Shown here one piece after another: positions 58,916 to 64,000 of a stretch of DNA of 64,000 bases. The translations under genes and the position numbers were made by a program. The notes below the pieces were generated by a model that was not told where the DNA came from, made no database searches, and saw nothing but the letters and a program-made list of their open reading frames with translations. The stretch comes from Trichoplax adhaerens. Its lineage: Eukaryota; Animalia; Placozoa. Location of the stretch: assembly GCF_000150275.1 (NCBI RefSeq), contig NW_002060943.1, positions 6,564,299 to 6,628,298 of the forward strand, written 5' to 3'. Each line of letters begins with the position of its first letter. The first letter of the stretch is position 1.

Positions 58916-61900
58916 TCTATAAATTTGATAGCAGTCATTTTCTTTTTTCGATACCATTCTATAGTTATACTTGGCGAAACTATAAACTATTGACTTTTAA
59001 TAGAAGCCCACGAATATAAGAAAATTCCTCAAATTTAGTTATTTAGCCTTATCATAATAATAAATAGACATAGTTGGCAATAAATAGTTATCGTTAATAA
59101 TTTATTCGATACATGATGTCAGACCGATCTTTCCAATACAAACTACTGTATATTCGTAGGTAGAATGATCTATAATTAGCTAAAGATTGATACTGATTGG
59201 TTAAAAATTTAAAGTTATAACTGGTCTATATTATCGTAATATTATCAATTCCACGCCCAAGTTATCTACTTGACTGTCCTTATCCCTACTGTGCTATAAT
59301 TGACATTCGCACTATATATGCACCATTGAAAACTTTGATTACATTACTGACTATTTTATTTAAATTTTAAATCTACACAAAGCAGATCATATAATTAAAA
59401 TTTAATTCATATTTTCTTGGAAGCCATATGGTCATGCTCGAATCACCTATGCAATCCATTGACAGCTTTATTTGTAGTCTTTGATTTACTTCCTTCCAGT
59501 ATTTCTTACACTAAGACTACCGTTAGATATCAGTTTAGAATTAGAAATGTTATTAGTGGGGATTGAATGCACTAAAACTTTTAAACGTCCATTTTCGTTA
59601 AATGAATATTCAAGTATCATGAACCAGAGGAAAGAATAAGAAAGAACCTAGGTGAGAGTGATATTCTGATAGATAATTTACACGTTGTTTAGACTAAAGG
59701 ACAAGACCATGATCCTAGTTAGAAGCGAATAAATTTATAACTTTTTGATTAAATTTTATTGTTATTGTTGTCATCATCATGACGATGCCGTTCTTTATTT
59801 CCTGCTAGTAATATTATTTCCTATGTATTATATTGTAATTAGCACATTCATGTTAACTTCTATCTTAGGTGGATAGAAAAGATCTGAACCAGTAGTCATT
59901 ATTTTTCCACTAGTAGCCGGCAATACGTTTAAGCCCGCCAATATCTTGTTCTAATTTTCTATACAGAAGTAATTTTTCGTGTTTTATTTTCTCTACTTTA
60001 ATCGGTAATCAAGCAGAATATTGAATTTAGGCTAAAATGTTCTTACATACGATCTATTGTTCCGCTATGGGTGTCGATATCTCAATATTTATGTACATTA
60101 AATGATGATCAAAGATTGGATATTAGATTCTCATATGCACTTGTCATCAACAGCGATTGATATCGAACCACGATGAGGTTGAAAAGTAATCTTCTCACCG
60201 ATTATAAGTTTACTATCTCACATTAGTTTTTAGGTATATAATATAATAATTTAGGCAAAAAGTGAAATGATGCAAATAGCATGAAGTTTTTTGACTGATA
60301 TCATTCTCATATAAGTACTAGAACGTCGCTTAATTAGTCTCAAAAATAACTAAAAAGCTACTGAAGGAAAATAGGCTAAAAATTCTTTTTGTTCTATCTC
60401 ATCAATAAGGTGAGAGTAAAATTATATCAATATACAGTATTGAATCTGACATCGAGCAATTTCATTGTTACAAACAGCTATATTTTCTCTTATTAATATA
60501 TTGCAGATATCATATTTGATCCAACCTAAATACTTAGTGAAAAGTTAAAGCAGGGCATATAATATCATCTGCAGTCCGCAAAGTAGACTTCGAGAATATT
60601 ACTAGTAATTTGATCTAGCTCTACCACTTCTAGCTTTTTCATTACATTTTGAGAAAATTACGATCCTTGATTTCATCTAGCTTTAATAAACTATTTCTAA
60701 ACCTTACGATAGACCCTAAGGATGTAGCAAGATGAATAACTATCACAGAAAAATAATCTGAGTTATCTATGCCTCATACATGAAGTCTAGAAGCTTAGCA
60801 CATTATCAAAGTTAATTCACATGATACATCAACCCAATTTTTAAAGAAATTTTAGAATTGCCATTGTGTTATAACAATTATGATAACATGGTAATGTTAT
60901 ATCCTGAAGGTAAAGCATTCATTCCCTACATTGCAGTTACTTAATAAGATCTACAAAGCTTAGTAAATCATTGACTAACATCTTTAGTAGAGCAAGTTGG
61001 GATTCACGTCATCGATATAGATCAATTAATAGCATATAAAGATCAAGTTGTTACAATACTTACATTAAATAGCTCTCGATATAGCTGTCTAAACTGTTTC
61101 TAAGAAATTTTGAAATTATTCCTATTATCTAGAGTCAGCCATTCTGCAACTCTCGGCTAATTCTTAGTAATAGTAAACACGTTAAACAACTTTACTGTAA
61201 AATGATACAATTTCAAAAGTGGTGATTATTGATCAGCATTATCACTGGATAAATGAACATATATCTAATAGATTTTGAGTGGACTTAGTATCTGTAATAA
61301 TCTAGTTTTAAAAATCTTCCGTACCAATTGATAGTGTAATACTATGTACTCTAGGTATAATATCGTATATGTACCTAAATATTATCATCCAAAAGTACCA
61401 AAACTGATTAATCAGTATATTATAATAACCATATACGGAAAACCCAGATAAATTAACGTTCTAAAGGATATCATAGAAGCAATAATAGAAATATCTGTAT
61501 AGTATAGGCAAAAAGAACGATTAATGCTTTAACTGCTAGTTCTACTTCCTGAAACTAGACATTATGTATTTAAGACATATAGATATAGTTGATACAATAT
61601 TGATAACAAACTATATATAAATGTAATTACTCAAACATATTATATTTTTCCAGATGCAATGGCACACTGATGTCAATAAAACTTGTAATGTGTTCTACAA
61701 AAGTAGTCAAGCAGCGATATGAATATGGTATATTTATATTGCTATACTTAATGACGATATCTCGCAAAACTAATTGGAACCCTCTATAATCAAATGCAGT
61801 ATACCCTTGTATAGTATGATCAAAAGCCAATACGTTCTATTTTGGGCCTGAAAACTTAAATATTTTGCTTTAGCCGCTTCTTTACTAGCTAAGAAAAGTC

Positions 61901-62381
61901 TACCCAAAAGCGCCTACAATAATCTAAAATCTAGTATTCAAAACCATCTTTAGTAATCCTATTCGTTGATATAATAGATGATTATGCCATTAAAATCATA
62001 GAGATAAAGGAGAATAGTTTCTATCATTAAATGTAAGACTATTATCCGCCATCAAAAGAAATGCTCGTGATATGTATAAGTGGCAGTTTGGACAAAGACA
62101 TTAAACGACTAACAGTTGTCGCTGGATCCTTTCTATTTATCTTCTAATTAATCGAAAGATAATGCATTTCTCTTTTAATATTGACGAATATACACAATCA
62201 CAGTATATCAGCCAAAAAAAAAAAATGGCTGATATGTCACAGACTCAATGATAACTGCATTCCTATTGACTTTTTTTAACTACAAATTAAAGTAATACCT
62301 TTTCTAAACGATTAGAATCTAGTATTTTATGCTCAGGTCCTATTCCGCCTTTACTAACTTCTATTTATCCCTATAATCTAG

Positions 62382-62465
62382 CCTAGCAGAAGGTGCTCAA
62401 GACAATTATCGTGAGAAAACTATTGTATCTAATAAAGTTGGTATTATATATCAAGAAATTACAAG
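62382..62465 (+). other. Candidate isolated internal exon of an unidentified gene
   Basis: TACTAAC branch point (~62352), pyrimidine tract, TAG acceptor, 84 nt open in one frame (LAEGAQDNYREKTIVSNKVGIIYQEIT), AAG|GTAAAT donor. Confidence 0.3.
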
Positions 62466-64000
62466 GTAAATAAGACATTTCCTTTATATTGGATGATTAT
62501 AATGAATCATGTTCTTGATTTCACGTGTGATAGAATAAGTATCCACTCTATAGTATGATAGTTTAGACATGACTTGTGAAAAGTATCTTAACTCAAGAAT
62601 TTAAATAATAATACTCGTAATTTTAAAATGGTTATTTACTAAAGATCATCTGCTAGGAAAGCATAGGAATGGAATACGCGTAATTTCATCTTAATTAGGG
62701 AAATCCAAATTACTATTAATGACAATTGTCTGAATATCTAAGCACAAAAATAGTTACTACTATTGAATGACTGTTTGAGTTAAAAGAATCAGGAATTATT
62801 AGCGATGCTATCGCAGTCAAGGCTATTACAGCTATTAAAACTACATAACACGTCTATGTGGAATCGTCATTACCTATCGGTCGTTATTTCCACTAACGTG
62901 ACACTAAAGTTATTTGACTCATAGGACCAACTCAATAGGTAAAAATGAAAACATTAATACTATATTTTCTTAAAATTGTAAGGTACAAGTTGTTTTCTTA
63001 GCCACAAATAGTACTATTCAAGTAGTAAATTCAAGAATGGCAACTGTTACCTATTGGTGGTCAGAAACGTTAGCATGATCTATTAAATCCAATCGACTTA
63101 ACGAGTAAAAAATTGTTTCCCATAATAGTATTGTAGTGAGTGATGTTGAGATTCTACTAGCATAAAGTAGAAACGAGTCATTATGAAGGCCATCCTGTCG
63201 TCACTAGGAATATGAATATTAAGATGATCAATTCAAAAAGTAAATAATTTAATACAGCTGTAGTTATTCTGTTGCTTTCGGTAATGTTATAACTATTTCA
63301 GTATAATTGACTCCGCAAGTAAGAAATGATTAACGTTATTCATCATAGTATTTAGCGATATAAAAGTTATTCCCCCCAAAATTGTCAATTCAAGAGTGAA
63401 TAGCTACTGCTATCTTGTTGTAAATAAAGCTTTTCAAGGTTAAAAGTGATGAACTATAGCAAATTACGCCCTAAGTAAGAAATACCTAACGGTATTTCCA
63501 TCATAACTATGATCATTTAAATTGTAGGATACAGATAATCAGAAATAGTCCCTAATATGCTATCGTCATCAGGGATATTCTAATTCTAGATGAATCTTAT
63601 CCATACTATACGAGTTAATTAATGAATGACTGTGGTACTGTTCTTCCAATGAATTTTGAAATGTTGAATAACTTGAACTAACTGATAACTTACGAAAACG
63701 TCTATTATCAACAATTTTTCTTAATTTACAATTGTGAGGTCCATTCGAAAATCTTAAGTAATGAATTTCTAAAGTATCGAACAAGTTGATTCTAATTACT
63801 AACTATAAAACGATAAAATGGTAACAACACCTCATCTTTAATACTGCTAACTTACCCGCAGTTCATATAATATTATGATTACCGTAGACAATCCTAAACA
63901 CCTCTGTTTGTATGTGTTAGTTTATGAATAAATCTACCCTAAATATGCTAACTCTTTCAAGGAAAACTATAGCCACTGATCTACCGAATCCAGAACTATC

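Overview
AT-rich, intron-dense eukaryotic DNA with GT-AG introns mostly 60-300 nt. Gene content and compact architecture suggest an early-branching animal, probably a placozoan (Trichoplax-like); this is inference. I rebuilt exons by hand. In order: (1) two tandem minus-strand paralogues with a charged helical N-terminus and a YPP-rich tail, the second with a disrupted tail; (2) a head-to-head pair about 890 bp apart, a fungal Cys2-type serine O-succinyl/acetyltransferase (minus) and sulfide:quinone oxidoreductase SQOR (plus), both with mitochondrial-like presequences and surrounded by six TGATGCAA (ATF4/C-EBP amino-acid-response-like) motifs; (3) a second divergent pair, CEP128 (minus) and kinetochore KNL1 (plus), with a CDE-CHR/NRF1/CCAAT-like cassette and a minisatellite between them; (4) an intronless 541-aa membrane-anchored P-loop NTPase; (5) about 12 kb of gene-poor sequence holding a degenerate hammerhead-ribozyme-like motif and orphan exon candidates. 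Non-coding DNA carries many unrelated, diverged 100-240 bp tandem duplications. The best candidate for an undescribed system is the Cys2-SQOR module, which could split mitochondrial sulfide between cysteine synthesis and oxidation.
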